Part shown: one piece after another, positions 54,137 to 64,000 of the stretch
Layout of the letters: each line of letters starts with the position of its first letter
How positions within the stretch are numbered: the stretch's first letter is position 1
DNA from: Planctomycetota bacterium
Lineage (GTDB): Bacteria > Planctomycetota > UBA8108 > SXIK01
Direction: 5' to 3'
NCBI GenBank assembly: GCA_965223845.1
Contig: CBDCXR010000004.1
Span: 4,992,001-5,056,000, forward strand
DNA: 64,000 bases
Program-made: the position numbers and the translations under genes
The notes under the pieces: model-generated
What the model was told of the DNA's origin: nothing
Database searches by the model: none
What the model saw: only the letters and a program-made list of their open reading frames with translations

Positions 54137-56253
54137 TCGCCTCCGCCGGACCGAGCCGCGGCGAGCGCCGCGGACAGCCGCTCGTCGCCGGGGAAGCGAT
54201 CGAGCCCCGCTTCGAGGATACGGATGCCAACGACCGTGTCCCCCGCGAGCTTCGTGGCTTCGCCGAGAAGGCGAAAGCTGACGGGAGACACCTCGCGGCG
54301 GTGAAGCCGCTGGGCGAGCTCGAGCGCCCGCCCGCTGCGCACCTTCATCTTGACGTAGATTCCCGCGGCGTCGGCGAGCGCCGCTGGGAGATCGGGCTCG
54401 AGCGCGAGATATCGTTCGAGAAAATGGAGGCGGAGAAACACGTCCTGCGGCGCAGTCATCCCACCGAGGAGACCTCGAATCACATCCGCGTGGTCCGGCA
54501 GGAGATCGGACGCGAGGAAAAGGCAATCGAACGCGCGGGGGTCGCGCAGCGTCACGTAGAGCGATCCGAGCTCCTTGTACGTCGAACCGAGCTCCACGAG
54601 CGGCTTCTCTCCGATCGAAGCACGGAGCGCGTCGGCGCGGTCGCGCGCGCCGACCGCCGATCCGTACCGGCTGCGCAGCTCACCGGCGCGATCGGGCGGC
54701 GCGGACTCGAGCAGTAGCTCGTACGCATCGCGATGCTCCGGATGCGAAGCGAGAAGCCCTTCGAGAATTCGGACCGCTTCGGCCGTTTTCTTTGCGGCGA
54801 TCAACGCTCGGGCGCCCCAGAGGCGAACGTCGGGATACCGCTCACCGCCGCTGGCTTCCGCAGCGCGAAATCGCTCGAGCGCGGCTTCGTGATCGCGCTC
54901 GACGAGCCGAATGCGCCCCTCCCAGTACGGAATTTCCCACGCCTCCGGAGCCGAGTTCCTCACCGCCTCCAGCGAGCTTCGAGCGAGCTCGGGCTGGCCG
55001 GTCTCGACCGCGCCGCGCACGGCAGCGAACTGGAGTGGAAGCTCCGGCGCCTGCCCTTTGTCACGACCGCCGAGATCGCCTTCGGCCCGAAGCGCATCGA
55101 CGCCGGCACGCGCTGCCGCGTGCGCTTCGACCGACCGTTCGACGTCGAAAAGCAGGATCGCCTTCGCGAAGAGCAGACCCGACCGCGGCTGAGATCCGGC
55201 GGCGAGCGCCGCGTCGAGTGCGCGGATCCCAGTGAGCGTGCGGCCGAAGCGACCGCACAGCTCCGCGTAGTAGATGCGGAATCGCGGGTCGCGAGCGTCG
55301 ACCGCCATCGCCCGCTCGTAGTTCGCGAATGCGGCGGCAAAGCGTCGCTGTCGAGTGAGGTTTGCGGCGCTCTGCCCGAGTGCGAACGCGGTCATCCCCG
55401 TCCGTGTGAGCTGCTCCTCGACGAACTCCTCGAACGCGTACTTCGAAATGTTCTGGTAGATGCTCTCGACGAACTTCCCCTCTCCGCGCAATCGGCGGCG
55501 GTAGTACGTCTTCGCGAGCTCCGAGTAGGCAGCGCCGAAAAACGGGTCCGCGGTGAGCAGCTCGACGAATTGATCGCACGCGTCTTCGTAGCGCCGCGCC
55601 GAACGCAGCGCGCGGCCGTAGTCGAGACGAGCGCGCCGCGCTTCGACACCGAGATCCCCGGCGAGAGCGGCTTCGATGCGTTCCACCGCGGCCTCCGCCT
55701 CGCCGAGCTCGAGAAGAACTCGTCCGAGTGACACCGACGCCCGGACATCCTTCGGCCGGGCGCGAAGAAGTGCTTCGAATCGCTCTCGAGACTCGTCGAA
55801 TCGCCGGAGGAGAAAGAGGCTGTCGCCGAGGAGCCCGAGGAGCGCGGGGTCCGTACCTCCCGAGCACGCGAGCGCGCGTTCGCCGGTGGTCACGGCGGAT
55901 TCGAAGCGCTCGGTACGGTGATACGCGCGGGCGAGGATTCCGTCGAGGCGACACCGTTCGTCCGCGGAAACCGGTCCGGCCACCGTGCTCGCCACCCGCA
56001 CCGCGTCGTCCCAGCGGCTCTCTCCGAGGAGTCCTTCGGCGCGGGAGATCGCAGCCGCGGCGCCGAGGCCGGTCTCGACTGTCGACGACGACGGCGGCCT
56101 TGCCGTCTCTCGCGTCGCGCCGGCATCCGAGCCGGGGGTCGAGGCGCGCGGTTCACACGCGACGAGCGCGATTGCGACGAGCAGGACTTGCGCCGCGCCA
56201 AGCCCGTCGACGTCGCCCGGGAGCGTTCTCGATCTGCGACGGAACCGAGTCAC
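54133..56253 (-). CDS. Tetratricopeptide-repeat protein, probable lipoprotein
   Basis: Lipobox LVAC; numerous TPR helix pairs; GTGA overlap with the PPIase gene. Confidence 0.85.
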   Translation of the reverse strand: MTRFRRRSRTLPGDVDGLGAAQVLLVAIALVACEPRASTPGSDAGATRETARPPSSSTVETGLGAAAAISRAEGLLGESRWDDAVRVASTVAGPVSADERCRLDGILARAYHRTERFESAVTTGERALACSGGTDPALLGLLGDSLFLLRRFDESRERFEALLRARPKDVRASVSLGRVLLELGEAEAAVERIEAALAGDLGVEARRARLDYGRALRSARRYEDACDQFVELLTADPFFGAAYSELAKTYYRRRLRGEGKFVESIYQNISKYAFEEFVEEQLTRTGMTAFALGQSAANLTRQRRFAAAFANYERAMAVDARDPRFRIYYAELCGRFGRTLTGIRALDAALAAGSQPRSGLLFAKAILLFDVERSVEAHAAARAGVDALRAEGDLGGRDKGQAPELPLQFAAVRGAVETGQPELARSSLEAVRNSAPEAWEIPYWEGRIRLVERDHEAALERFRAAEASGGERYPDVRLWGARALIAAKKTAEAVRILEGLLASHPEHRDAYELLLESAPPDRAGELRSRYGSAVGARDRADALRASIGEKPLVELGSTYKELGSLYVTLRDPRAFDCLFLASDLLPDHADVIRGLLGGMTAPQDVFLRLHFLERYLALEPDLPAALADAAGIYVKMKVRSGRALELAQRLHRREVSPVSFRLLGEATKLAGDTVVGIRILEAGLDRFPGDERLSAALAAARSGGGE

Positions 56254-57392
56254 GGGTCCTTCGGCTCAACGGGCTCGGCGGCCCGCGGTGCGCCCTCTTC
56301 CGGAGGCGGTTCCTGCGGGCGCGGGGGGAGCGTCGGCAAGAAGATGTCGATGCGAGTCTTGCGCCGTTGCTCCTCGAGAAACGCCCGGCGCGCGAGCACC
56401 CTCCGCTGGTCGAGAAGATCCCCGCGGATCGCGACCTGAACGTCGTCGAAGGACTGCGGATCACCCGTGACGACGTCTTCGACCTTGAAATAGTGAACGC
56501 CCACGCCCGTCAAGACGCGCTGCGACGTTTCTCCCTTCCGGAGCTTCTTCAGCTCATCGCGAATCTTCGGGCGGGAACTTTCGAGCTCGTCGGCAGTCAG
56601 AGTGCGCACGGACGCAGCAAGATCGGGAAAACCGTTCACGGCGTCGTCGGCGTACCGACGCGCGAGCTCGTCGAACGTGACGCCTTTCGCCAGTCCGTCG
56701 TCGACCGCCGCGGCGGCCCGGCTCGCGTCCGGGCGCTTGATCGAGATGAAGATCTGCCGAAACGATACTTCGAGCGGCGTACTGAACTGATCTTGATTTC
56801 GCAGATAGAACTCGCGGAGCTCTTTCGGTGTGACAAACGCGTTCACTCGCTGAGGAAATACCTCTCGCCAGAGGTACTTCTCTTCCATCATCTGGTGCTT
56901 CAAAAACTCCCGGTACTCCTGCGCGCGCCATCCGTTCGTGCGTCGGAGAAGCTGGAAGAGATCCTTCACGCTGTGTACGGGGTACCCTTCTTGACGCATG
57001 CGCTCGACGCGTTTCCGCAGTTGCGCTTCGACCTGCTCGGGAGCGATATACGGCTTCTCTTCCTTCCGCTCGATTCGATGAACGAGGTGGAGGATCAGCT
57101 TCTGGTCGATGAGCTGCTGAAGCTCGCGGTGCTGGAGATCGAGCCGCGCCCAGTCGAGGAGGGGTTTCGAGTATCCAGGCGGCGCGGACTGCACTTCGAA
57201 GCGGACCTGCCGGTCGAGCTCGGATTGCGTGACGAACGTGTCACCGACGATCGCTACGATGCCCCCCGACTGTCCATCGCGAAGCGGCCGGGCCTCTTCG
57301 ACCGGCTCCTGGGCGCGGAGAGAGACCGCAAGCAGCAGGCCGACAAAAACGGCCTCGAAGCGACGGGAAGATGGGGACGTCAGGAAGCGCAT
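56250..57392 (-). CDS. SurA/PrsA-type peptidyl-prolyl cis-trans isomerase
   Basis: IVAIVG...VT.SEL, LQQLIDQKLI, FRQIFI, FDELARRYADD, GVHYFKV; directly downstream of mfd. Confidence 0.85.
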   Translation of the reverse strand: MRFLTSPSSRRFEAVFVGLLLAVSLRAQEPVEEARPLRDGQSGGIVAIVGDTFVTQSELDRQVRFEVQSAPPGYSKPLLDWARLDLQHRELQQLIDQKLILHLVHRIERKEEKPYIAPEQVEAQLRKRVERMRQEGYPVHSVKDLFQLLRRTNGWRAQEYREFLKHQMMEEKYLWREVFPQRVNAFVTPKELREFYLRNQDQFSTPLEVSFRQIFISIKRPDASRAAAAVDDGLAKGVTFDELARRYADDAVNGFPDLAASVRTLTADELESSRPKIRDELKKLRKGETSQRVLTGVGVHYFKVEDVVTGDPQSFDDVQVAIRGDLLDQRRVLARRAFLEEQRRKTRIDIFLPTLPPRPQEPPPEEGAPRAAEPVEPKDP

Positions 57393-57493
57393 CGCGAATT
57401 CGAACGGACGAGGACTAGTTACGGCGACCTTCCCTTACTTTACCGCGGAGCTCGCGCTCGCTTCTACTCCGCCGCGAGAAACCCACGCGAACG

Positions 57494-60400
57494 TCACCGC
57501 GCCCGGGCGCCGGACGGCACGGCACCCCCGTCCAACAGATCGACCGGAAACTCGCGATTCCGCACCCATTCGAGGGCAATCCGAAACGCGAGATCGTCGC
57601 TCGGGGGTTCCGCGTAGCGACGCGCCGGATGAACGAGGCGAATCGCCGCCGTCCGGCTATCGAGAACCGCAACGCGCAGCGGACAGCTCTCCAGCAGCTC
57701 GCCCATCGATTCGCGCCCCTCGAGGACGAGACTTCCGTCCTGGACGCGGATCGCTTCCACGCCGCTCCGAGCGCAATGAATGCGCAGAATCTGGAGGTCG
57801 ATCAGCGTCTCCACCGGCGGCGGCAACTCGCCGAATCGATCCCGGATCTCCGCCGCGATCTCGCGCACGTCGTTTTCGTTGGCGGCCTGCGACACGCGCC
57901 GATAGACGTCGATCTTCGGTCCTTCGCCCGGAAGGTAATCGTCCGGGATCAACGCCTGAACGGCGAACTCGACCTCGACATGAACCGGTTCGGCGTAGTC
58001 CTCCTCGCGGAGCCTTCGTACCGTGGCCTCGAGCAATCGGCAGTACATTTCGTAGCCGACCGCGGCGATATGCCCACTCTGTTCCGGCCCGAGGATGTTG
58101 CCGGCTCCGCGCAGCTCGAGATCGCGCATCGCGATCTGGAACCCGGCGCCGAGATCGGAAAACTCGACGAGCGCCTGGAGGCGCTTCGCCGCCTCCGGAT
58201 TTACGTGGCGGTGTTCAGGCAGAATCAGATAGCAGTACGCCTGGTGCCGGTAGCGACCGACGCGTCCGCGAAGCTGATGGAGGTCGGCGAGACCGTAGAT
58301 GTCCGCTTCGTCGACGAAGATGGTGTTTGCGCTTCGGATGTCGATCCCGCTTCCGATGATCGTCGTCGAGACGAGAACGTCGATCTCGCCGCCGAGAAAG
58401 CGCACCATCACCTCTTCGAGCTCGTCCTCCTTCATCCGGCCGTGCGCCGACACGATTCGCGCCTCGGGAACGATGCGCTCGAGCTCGAAGCGGACCCGGT
58501 CGATATCGTGGATCCGATTGTGGAGGAAAAACACCTGACCGTCGCGGTTGAGCTCGCGGATGATGATCTCGCGGACACGGTCGGGATCAAAGCGCATCAC
58601 TTCGGTGTCGACCGACGTCCGTCCGGCGGGTGCCGTCGTCAGACTCGAAATGTCCTTGATCCCGAGAAGGGACATATGAAGGGTGCGCGGGATCGGCGTC
58701 GCGGTCATGGTGAGGACGTCGACGCACGAGCGAAGGCGCTTGAACTTCTCCTTGTGCGCAACACCGAAACGCTGCTCTTCGTCGACGACGAGCAGGCCCA
58801 GGTTGCGAAAGACCACGTCGTCCGAAAGCAGTCGATGCGTTCCGACGAGAACGTCCACTCGACCCTCGGCCGCGGCGCGCAGCACCGCTCGCTGCTCTTT
58901 TGCCGAGCGGAATCGACTGAGGACGTCGACCGTGACCGGGAAACCCTTCGCGCGCTCGGTAAACGTCCGGAAGTGTTGCTGCGCGAGGATCGTCGTCGGA
59001 ACGAGGATTCCCACTTGGTAGCCGTTCTCGACCGCTTTGAACGCCGCACGCATCGCGAGCTCGGTCTTCCCGTAGCCGACGTCTCCGCAGATGAGACGAT
59101 CCATCGGCCGGTCCGAGACCATGTCGCGTTTGATCGCCTCGGTCGCCGTCACTTGATCCGGCGTGTCCTCGAACGGAAACGCTGCCTCGAATGCGCGCTG
59201 CCATTCGGTGTCGCCCTCGAACCGGACGCCCTTGCGTTCCGTGCGGAGGGCTTGGAGCTCGAGGAGATCCGAGGCGAGATCGACGAGCGCGCTCTCCACC
59301 GCTTCCTTCTTGCGCGCCCAGCTGACGCCGCCGATCTTGTCGAGCGTCGGTGGCCGATCCCCGCTCCCGATGTACTTCTGAACGAGCTCGATCTTCGAGA
59401 CCGGAACGTACACTTTGGTCTGACCGCGATACTCGAGGGCGAGGAACTCTTGGAGGAGACCGTCTTTCTTGAACCGCTCGATCCCGAGGTAGCGTCCGAT
59501 GCCGTGAACGACGTGAACGATGTAGTCGCCCTGCTTGAGCTCGACGAAGTTGGTGATCGCCCGACCGGGTGCCGTTCTCGATCGCACTCGCCGGACGATC
59601 TGCCGGCCGAGAAGCTCGCGCGCGGTGAGCACGGCCGTATTCAGAACGTGCGCCTCGAATCCCCGACGAAAGCTCCCGACTTCGAGGACGAGCGAAGTCG
59701 CGGCGGGATCTTGGAGCCCATGGTCGCCGAGAAGCTCCGCGAGCCGGTCGACTTCCGCCTCGGAATCGCAGATGAGGCGAACGGAGCGTCCCGAGGCGGC
59801 GTACGAGCGGAGTTCGGCGACCGTACGATCGAGGTCAGCCGACTGAAACCGCTCGACCGACCCGAACTCGAGCGCGACCGCGCTCGACGCTCCCGATGCC
59901 GACGCACCCGACTCGGGATGTACCGAAGTACGAAGAGACGCCTTCGCATCCACCCGTTCGCGCCACGAAGCGAACACGTCGTCTGAGGCTCCGCCGAGCA
60001 CGTTGCGAAAGATCTTCGCGGCACGCGCGTGGACCGCCGCGGAATCCTGGACGACGACTTCCCCATGCGTACCGAGGAGATCGACGAGGAGCGGCTCCTC
60101 GCCGCGGAAGCAATCGCGGAAGAGCGCAGACTTCTCGACGAGCAGGAATCCGCAGGCCTCGCGCTCCGACCCGGCGATCGATCGCTGCGTCTCCGGCCGA
60201 AACTCGCGAATCGATTCGACGGTGTCGCCGAAGAACTCGATCCGGAGCGGATTCGGTCCCTCGAATCCGAAGACGTCGAGGACGTCGCCTCGGTGCGAGA
60301 GCTCGCCCCGCTTGTCGGTGAGCGGGACAGCGCGCATTCCGCGCTCGACGAGAGACGCGGCGAGAGCGGCCGGGTCGAGGTCCGCGCCGACCGAGACGTC

Positions 60401-60820
60401 CACCCGGGCCGCTCGGAGTACCTCGGCGGGCGGTACGGGCTGAAGAATCGACTGCACCGGCGCGACGACGAAGCAGGGCTCGCTCGGCCGGTGCGTGAGC
60501 TGCTCGAGCACACTCAGCCGCAGGTAACAGCTCTCCGGATCGGGCTCGCTGTCGGGCAGAAAGAGCGACTCCCACGGTGGAAAGAAGAAGGCCGGCGCCT
60601 CCACCGCGCTCGAGATCTCCTCGAAGAGCTGATCCGCCTCGTCCTGACTCGGGGCGATGACGACGACGGGACCGCTCCCTTTCCGCGTTTCCCAAGCCGC
60701 GAGAAAGAACGCGAGCGACGCACCCCAAAACCCGGACGCCTCAACGCGTCCGGCTTCGAGGCGGTTCAAGACGAGATCCATCTCGCCGGAGCGGGAGTAC
60801 TCGGTAATGAGATCGCGCAT
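57494..60820 (-). CDS. mfd: Transcription-repair coupling factor
   Basis: UvrB-like N-terminus (RGDVLDVF, RIEFFGD.VESIREF), CarD/RID (GDYIVH..HGIGRY), CGDVGYGKTE, DEEQRFGV, TATPIPRTL, QLRGRVGR, TRG motif DLELRGAGN.LG.EQSG. Confidence 0.97.
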   Translation of the reverse strand: MRDLITEYSRSGEMDLVLNRLEAGRVEASGFWGASLAFFLAAWETRKGSGPVVVIAPSQDEADQLFEEISSAVEAPAFFFPPWESLFLPDSEPDPESCYLRLSVLEQLTHRPSEPCFVVAPVQSILQPVPPAEVLRAARVDVSVGADLDPAALAASLVERGMRAVPLTDKRGELSHRGDVLDVFGFEGPNPLRIEFFGDTVESIREFRPETQRSIAGSEREACGFLLVEKSALFRDCFRGEEPLLVDLLGTHGEVVVQDSAAVHARAAKIFRNVLGGASDDVFASWRERVDAKASLRTSVHPESGASASGASSAVALEFGSVERFQSADLDRTVAELRSYAASGRSVRLICDSEAEVDRLAELLGDHGLQDPAATSLVLEVGSFRRGFEAHVLNTAVLTARELLGRQIVRRVRSRTAPGRAITNFVELKQGDYIVHVVHGIGRYLGIERFKKDGLLQEFLALEYRGQTKVYVPVSKIELVQKYIGSGDRPPTLDKIGGVSWARKKEAVESALVDLASDLLELQALRTERKGVRFEGDTEWQRAFEAAFPFEDTPDQVTATEAIKRDMVSDRPMDRLICGDVGYGKTELAMRAAFKAVENGYQVGILVPTTILAQQHFRTFTERAKGFPVTVDVLSRFRSAKEQRAVLRAAAEGRVDVLVGTHRLLSDDVVFRNLGLLVVDEEQRFGVAHKEKFKRLRSCVDVLTMTATPIPRTLHMSLLGIKDISSLTTAPAGRTSVDTEVMRFDPDRVREIIIRELNRDGQVFFLHNRIHDIDRVRFELERIVPEARIVSAHGRMKEDELEEVMVRFLGGEIDVLVSTTIIGSGIDIRSANTIFVDEADIYGLADLHQLRGRVGRYRHQAYCYLILPEHRHVNPEAAKRLQALVEFSDLGAGFQIAMRDLELRGAGNILGPEQSGHIAAVGYEMYCRLLEATVRRLREEDYAEPVHVEVEFAVQALIPDDYLPGEGPKIDVYRRVSQAANENDVREIAAEIRDRFGELPPPVETLIDLQILRIHCARSGVEAIRVQDGSLVLEGRESMGELLESCPLRVAVLDSRTAAIRLVHPARRYAEPPSDDLAFRIALEWVRNREFPVDLLDGGAVPSGARAR

Positions 60821-61149
60821 GTTCCTTCATCGGCGAACCGCGCGTTTCGACGTTTACCCGACGCCGCTTCCTCGCTCGTTCGCGTTCCGTTTCGGTTTCC
60901 CCGTTCGGTCCGGGGTTCTCATTGATCTGCGGCGTCTCGCCGCTGCCCCGAAGTCAGCCGCCAGGGATTCTCACCGGTCGCTAAGCTCGAGCTCGTCCGT
61001 TCTTCGGCGTGCTGACCGGCCTCCAGCTCGACCTGATCTCGGCGATGGGAGTCTTCGGCATCCCTGACATGATTCCGAGGAATGAAGTTGGTCGACGGCC
61101 GGACCGCGGGGCGCTGAGATCCCCCTCACGGATTCACGGCCGAACTGAT

Positions 61150-61890
61150 CTAGAGAGACTCGCCCCACGTCTCCTCCGGGCCGAGGAGATCCTCGAGAGT
61201 CGCCTTCGCCGCCATCTGCTCTGCATCTTTCTTCGACCGTCCCTTGCCCCGCTGCTGGCGCTCTCGCCCGAGGACGGCGACGACTTCGAACGACTTGTGG
61301 TGATCCGGTCCCTTCTCGGACACCACGCGGTAGCTCGGAGTGAGTCCGCGCTCCCTCTGGACCCACTGCTGGAGGAGAGACTTGTAGTTCTTCTGGTGTT
61401 GGTTGCCGACAACCGCGAGCACGTGGTGATAAAGATTCCTCAGAATGAACCTTCGAGCGGTTTCGAGTCCGGCGTCCTTGTAGATCGCGGCGACAACCGC
61501 CTCGAACAGATTGGCCTGAAGTGAAACCGGGATCTTCTTTCGCCCGATACCCTTTCCGACGTTGTAGTACTCGCTGATCCCGAGTCGTTCACTTTCGGCC
61601 GCGAGCGCGCGAGTGCTGACCACGACCGACTTGATCTGCGTGAGCTCGCCCTCGTCCTTCTCCGAGTAGAAGTTGTAGAGAAACTCGGTCATCACGAGCC
61701 CGAGGACGGAATCCCCGAGAAACTCGAGTCGCTCGTTCGAGGGAAGATCGTGCTTCTTGATCGACGAGTGCGTGAGTGCGTGCACGAGATACGTGACGTC
61801 CGCGAATCGGTGTCCCACACGCTCCTCGACGGCGTGGAGGCGGTCGAGATCTGCGTTCGAGATCGACGGGTCGGACGAAGCGGTGGTCAT
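61150..61890 (-). CDS. rnc: Ribonuclease III
   Basis: ALTHSS, SNERLEFLGDSVL, EGELT, FEA..AAIY.D.G; dsRBD NYKS.LQ...GPDH.K.F...G.SKK.AEQ.AA. Confidence 0.96.
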   Translation of the reverse strand: MTTASSDPSISNADLDRLHAVEERVGHRFADVTYLVHALTHSSIKKHDLPSNERLEFLGDSVLGLVMTEFLYNFYSEKDEGELTQIKSVVVSTRALAAESERLGISEYYNVGKGIGRKKIPVSLQANLFEAVVAAIYKDAGLETARRFILRNLYHHVLAVVGNQHQKNYKSLLQQWVQRERGLTPSYRVVSEKGPDHHKSFEVVAVLGRERQQRGKGRSKKDAEQMAAKATLEDLLGPEETWGESL

Positions 61891-62033
61891 CGCGGGAAGT
61901 GGGGACGGATCGAGAGAGCGTGCGGGGTTGGACGGTTCACTATGCTAACTCGGCGCTCTCTTCAGATTCTACGGGCGTCGCCGGACGCATCCGGCGAGAA
62001 ACGCGCCGAGCGAGGAGTCCGCCCGAGACCCGA

Positions 62034-62456
62034 TCAAGAAGCGAAAAAACGCGGGAACCACCGGATCTCGCGCACGCTTCCGGTTGTCGACGACGCCAGC
62101 TCCACGGTGACGAGATCGATCCGATAGGACGGAGCCGGTCGCCGAAGCCGAAGAATGTAGGCCCTCGCCGTTCTCGCGAGCGCCCGACGCTTCGCGCGCC
62201 CCAGGTTCTCGAGTCCCGTCCACTCGCTCTCCGGGAGATGGACGCGAGTCTTCACTTCGACGAACACGATCTCGTCGCCGTCGCGCGCGACGAGATCGAT
62301 CTCGCCGCGACCGATCCGGACGTTTCTCGCCACGACCTTGAGTCCCCGGCGCGCGAGGAAGACGGCCGCTTCCCACTCGCCGAACGAGCCGACGCGCGAG
62401 CGACGCCTCCCGCGATAGCGCCAGCCGCTCACCCACCACCTCAAGCGTGAACCCAT
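62034..62456 (-). CDS. yraN: YraN family (UPF0102) endonuclease-like protein
   Basis: G..GE..AA.FL...G..VVARN....GEIDLVARDG..IVFVEVKTR, YRIDLV; start uncertain. Confidence 0.88.
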   Translation of the reverse strand: MGSRLRWWVSGWRYRGRRRSRVGSFGEWEAAVFLARRGLKVVARNVRIGRGEIDLVARDGDEIVFVEVKTRVHLPESEWTGLENLGRAKRRALARTARAYILRLRRPAPSYRIDLVTVELASSTTGSVREIRWFPRFFAS

Positions 62457-62637
62457 CGATCCCGCCCCGTTCGCCACCGATTCTCGCCACCGCGCCGGGC
62501 CGCGCCCCCTGCATCTGAATCTCGCACGGATGCCGCGGATTGCAAATCCCGTCGAACGAGAAAGACAAGCGCGCGCACCAGGCCGCGAGCCGCACCGGCT
62601 CGCGCTCGTCGGCGAGGAGGCTTCGCGAGAGCCCCTC

Positions 62638-62682
62638 AAAAGAAAACCGGGGCCGCGCCGACGTGCGGTGCGGCCCCGGTTT
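62638..62682 (-). terminator. Rho-independent terminator after rplS
   Basis: Minus strand CCGGGGCCGCACCG-loop-CGGCGCGGCCCCGG hairpin followed by TTTTCTTTT. Confidence 0.8.
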
Positions 62683-62711
62683 CCACTGCCCGGCGATCTG
62701 GGAGAGAGGCG

Positions 62712-63092
62712 CTACTTCTTGTCCTTGCTCTTCTTCTTCCCGTACTCGCGTCGCTCCTTGACCTTGGTCGCCTTGCCGACCCGGTCGCGGAGATAGTAGA
62801 GCTTCGCGCGGCGCACTTTTCCGGGTCGCTTCACGATCACCTGCTGCACCGAGGGACAATGGAACGGGAAGACGCGCTCGACGCCCTCGCCCTGGACGAT
62901 GCGACGGACCGTGAACGCGCCGTTGATCCCCTTTCCGGATCGCATCTTGATCACCGTCCCGCTGAACACCTGCACACGCTCCTTCTCGCCCTCGCGAATC
63001 TTCACGTGGACGTCGACCGTGTCGCCGATGCGAAACTCCGGGACTTTCTTCTTGAGGCTGCTCGCCTCAACCTTGCGCAGCACTTCGTGCAT
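62712..63092 (-). CDS. rplS: 50S ribosomal protein L19
   Basis: PEFRIGDTV.VHVKIREG.KERVQ.F.G.VI, GEGVERVFP, GKVRRAKLYYLR; AAGGAG RBS. Confidence 0.98.
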   Translation of the reverse strand: MHEVLRKVEASSLKKKVPEFRIGDTVDVHVKIREGEKERVQVFSGTVIKMRSGKGINGAFTVRRIVQGEGVERVFPFHCPSVQQVIVKRPGKVRRAKLYYLRDRVGKATKVKERREYGKKKSKDKK

Positions 63093-63320
63093 GGCGTCTC
63101 TCCTTTCGGCCGGACGCGCGGACTCGATGGAGTCCGGCTTCCCGCCGCTCTAACTCGCAGTTCTAACCAGATTTCTACGACGACGCCGTAGGACGGGCAT
63201 CGCTCGCGCCGGCGCCCGGCGTCTCGCCGCGTCTCTCACCGACTCTGGTGAGAACTGCGGGCTGAGCATCGTAGTCGGATATCCGTTCTTCGTCATCGTT
63301 CTCGTCTCTTCCTTCTCGGC

Positions 63321-64000
63321 TCACTCGCTCGCTTCGCCTCTCGCGCGATCGGATCGCGCGCCGTGCTCTCGAGCGTGGATCCCTTCGCCCGGCATGTCGC
63401 CACGGGTGAGCAGATCCGCTCGACGCTCTCGCGTCCGCCGGAGTGCGTGGTCACGCCGCCAGGCCTCGACCTTCGCGTGATCGCCGGAGAGAAGCACCGG
63501 CGGAACTCGCATGCCGCGAAACTCCGGAGGGCGCGTGAAATGCGGACAGTCGAGAAGGTCGTTCTCGAACGACTCCTGCGCGGCGGAATCCGGGTCGCCG
63601 AGCGCACCGGGGAGGAGTCGAACCACGCCGTCGAGAATCGTCATCGCCGGCAGCTCGCCGCCGGTGAGGACGTAGTCACCGACCGAGCACTCCTCGAAAC
63701 GGACGCCGGGGACGGCGAGCTCTCTGGCCGCCTCGGCGGCGCTCGCGTCGCCGTTCGGTTCGATTGGCGCCACCTCGCCCGCGGGAGCCGTTCCCGTGAG
63801 CAACGCGCGGATCCGCTCGTCGAAACCTTCGTAGTGACCGCAGAGAAGCACGATGCGATCCGCCGAAGCGAACGCCCGAAAGTCACGCTGGGAGAGCGTG
63901 CGGCCTTGCGGGCAGAGCATCAGGAAGCGAGTGCGTCCCGCCGGTATGTCGCTGTCTCGCACGACGGATTCGACCGCTTCGACGACCGGCTCGGGCCGAA
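63321..64000 (-). CDS. trmD: tRNA (guanine37-N1)-methyltransferase, 5'-truncated by the window edge
   Basis: PEPVVEAVE, PQG, LLCGHYEGFDER, S.GDYVLTGGE.PA, ESF...LLD.PHFTRP, VP.VLLSGDH; frame is open to the window end. Confidence 0.96.
   Translation of the reverse strand, partial: RPEPVVEAVESVVRDSDIPAGRTRFLMLCPQGRTLSQRDFRAFASADRIVLLCGHYEGFDERIRALLTGTAPAGEVAPIEPNGDASAAEAARELAVPGVRFEECSVGDYVLTGGELPAMTILDGVVRLLPGALGDPDSAAQESFENDLLDCPHFTRPPEFRGMRVPPVLLSGDHAKVEAWRRDHALRRTRERRADLLTRGDMPGEGIHAREHGARSDRARGEASE

Noticed and set aside
61038-61080. GGCGATGGGAGTC fluoride-riboswitch-like start
   Set aside because: Wrong strand relative to the flanking genes, lacks the downstream consensus, and lies far from crcB, which is translationally coupled with no leader
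61495-61520. RNase III 'ANLFEA' in place of 'AD.FEA'
   Set aside because: The other catalytic residues (ERLEFLGD, FEA) are intact and an Asn at this position is a natural variant as far as I know; not evidence of inactivation
1-64000. Prophage, integrase, transposase or known anti-phage defence genes
   Set aside because: No such motifs recognised in any supported ORF

Overview
High-GC bacterial chromosomal segment. The gene content points to Planctomycetota, probably an uncultured lineage (inference): a Ser/Thr kinase-WD40-TPR protein, an ECF sigma factor fused to long extracytoplasmic repeats, three proteins with Cys-rich dockerin-like C-termini, and a PEP-CTERM protein. About 45 CDS can be supported, ending in a housekeeping block (fluC, TPR protein, SurA-like PPIase, mfd, rnc, yraN, rplS, 5'-truncated trmD). 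I found no rRNA, tRNA, CRISPR array or transposase. The most notable observations are these. (1) An NHEJ locus (9154-14771) in which LigD keeps intact phosphoesterase and polymerase domains, but its ligase domain has lost the catalytic residues and the OB fold. An intact stand-alone ligase and a BRCT-MerR-HTH-TPR protein follow Ku on the opposite strand. (2) A ~1,416-aa membrane protein with an S1-S4 voltage-sensor-like domain and no recognisable pore. (3) An AhpD-like peroxidase, split in the ORF track, that reads through an in-frame TGA at a CxxU motif followed by a SECIS-like hairpin, i.e. a probable selenoprotein. (4) A ~140-nt long-hairpin, 6S-like ncRNA candidate just upstream of that gene. 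(5) A tandem array of a structured 136-bp unit. All family assignments come from motif recognition by eye; no database search was run.
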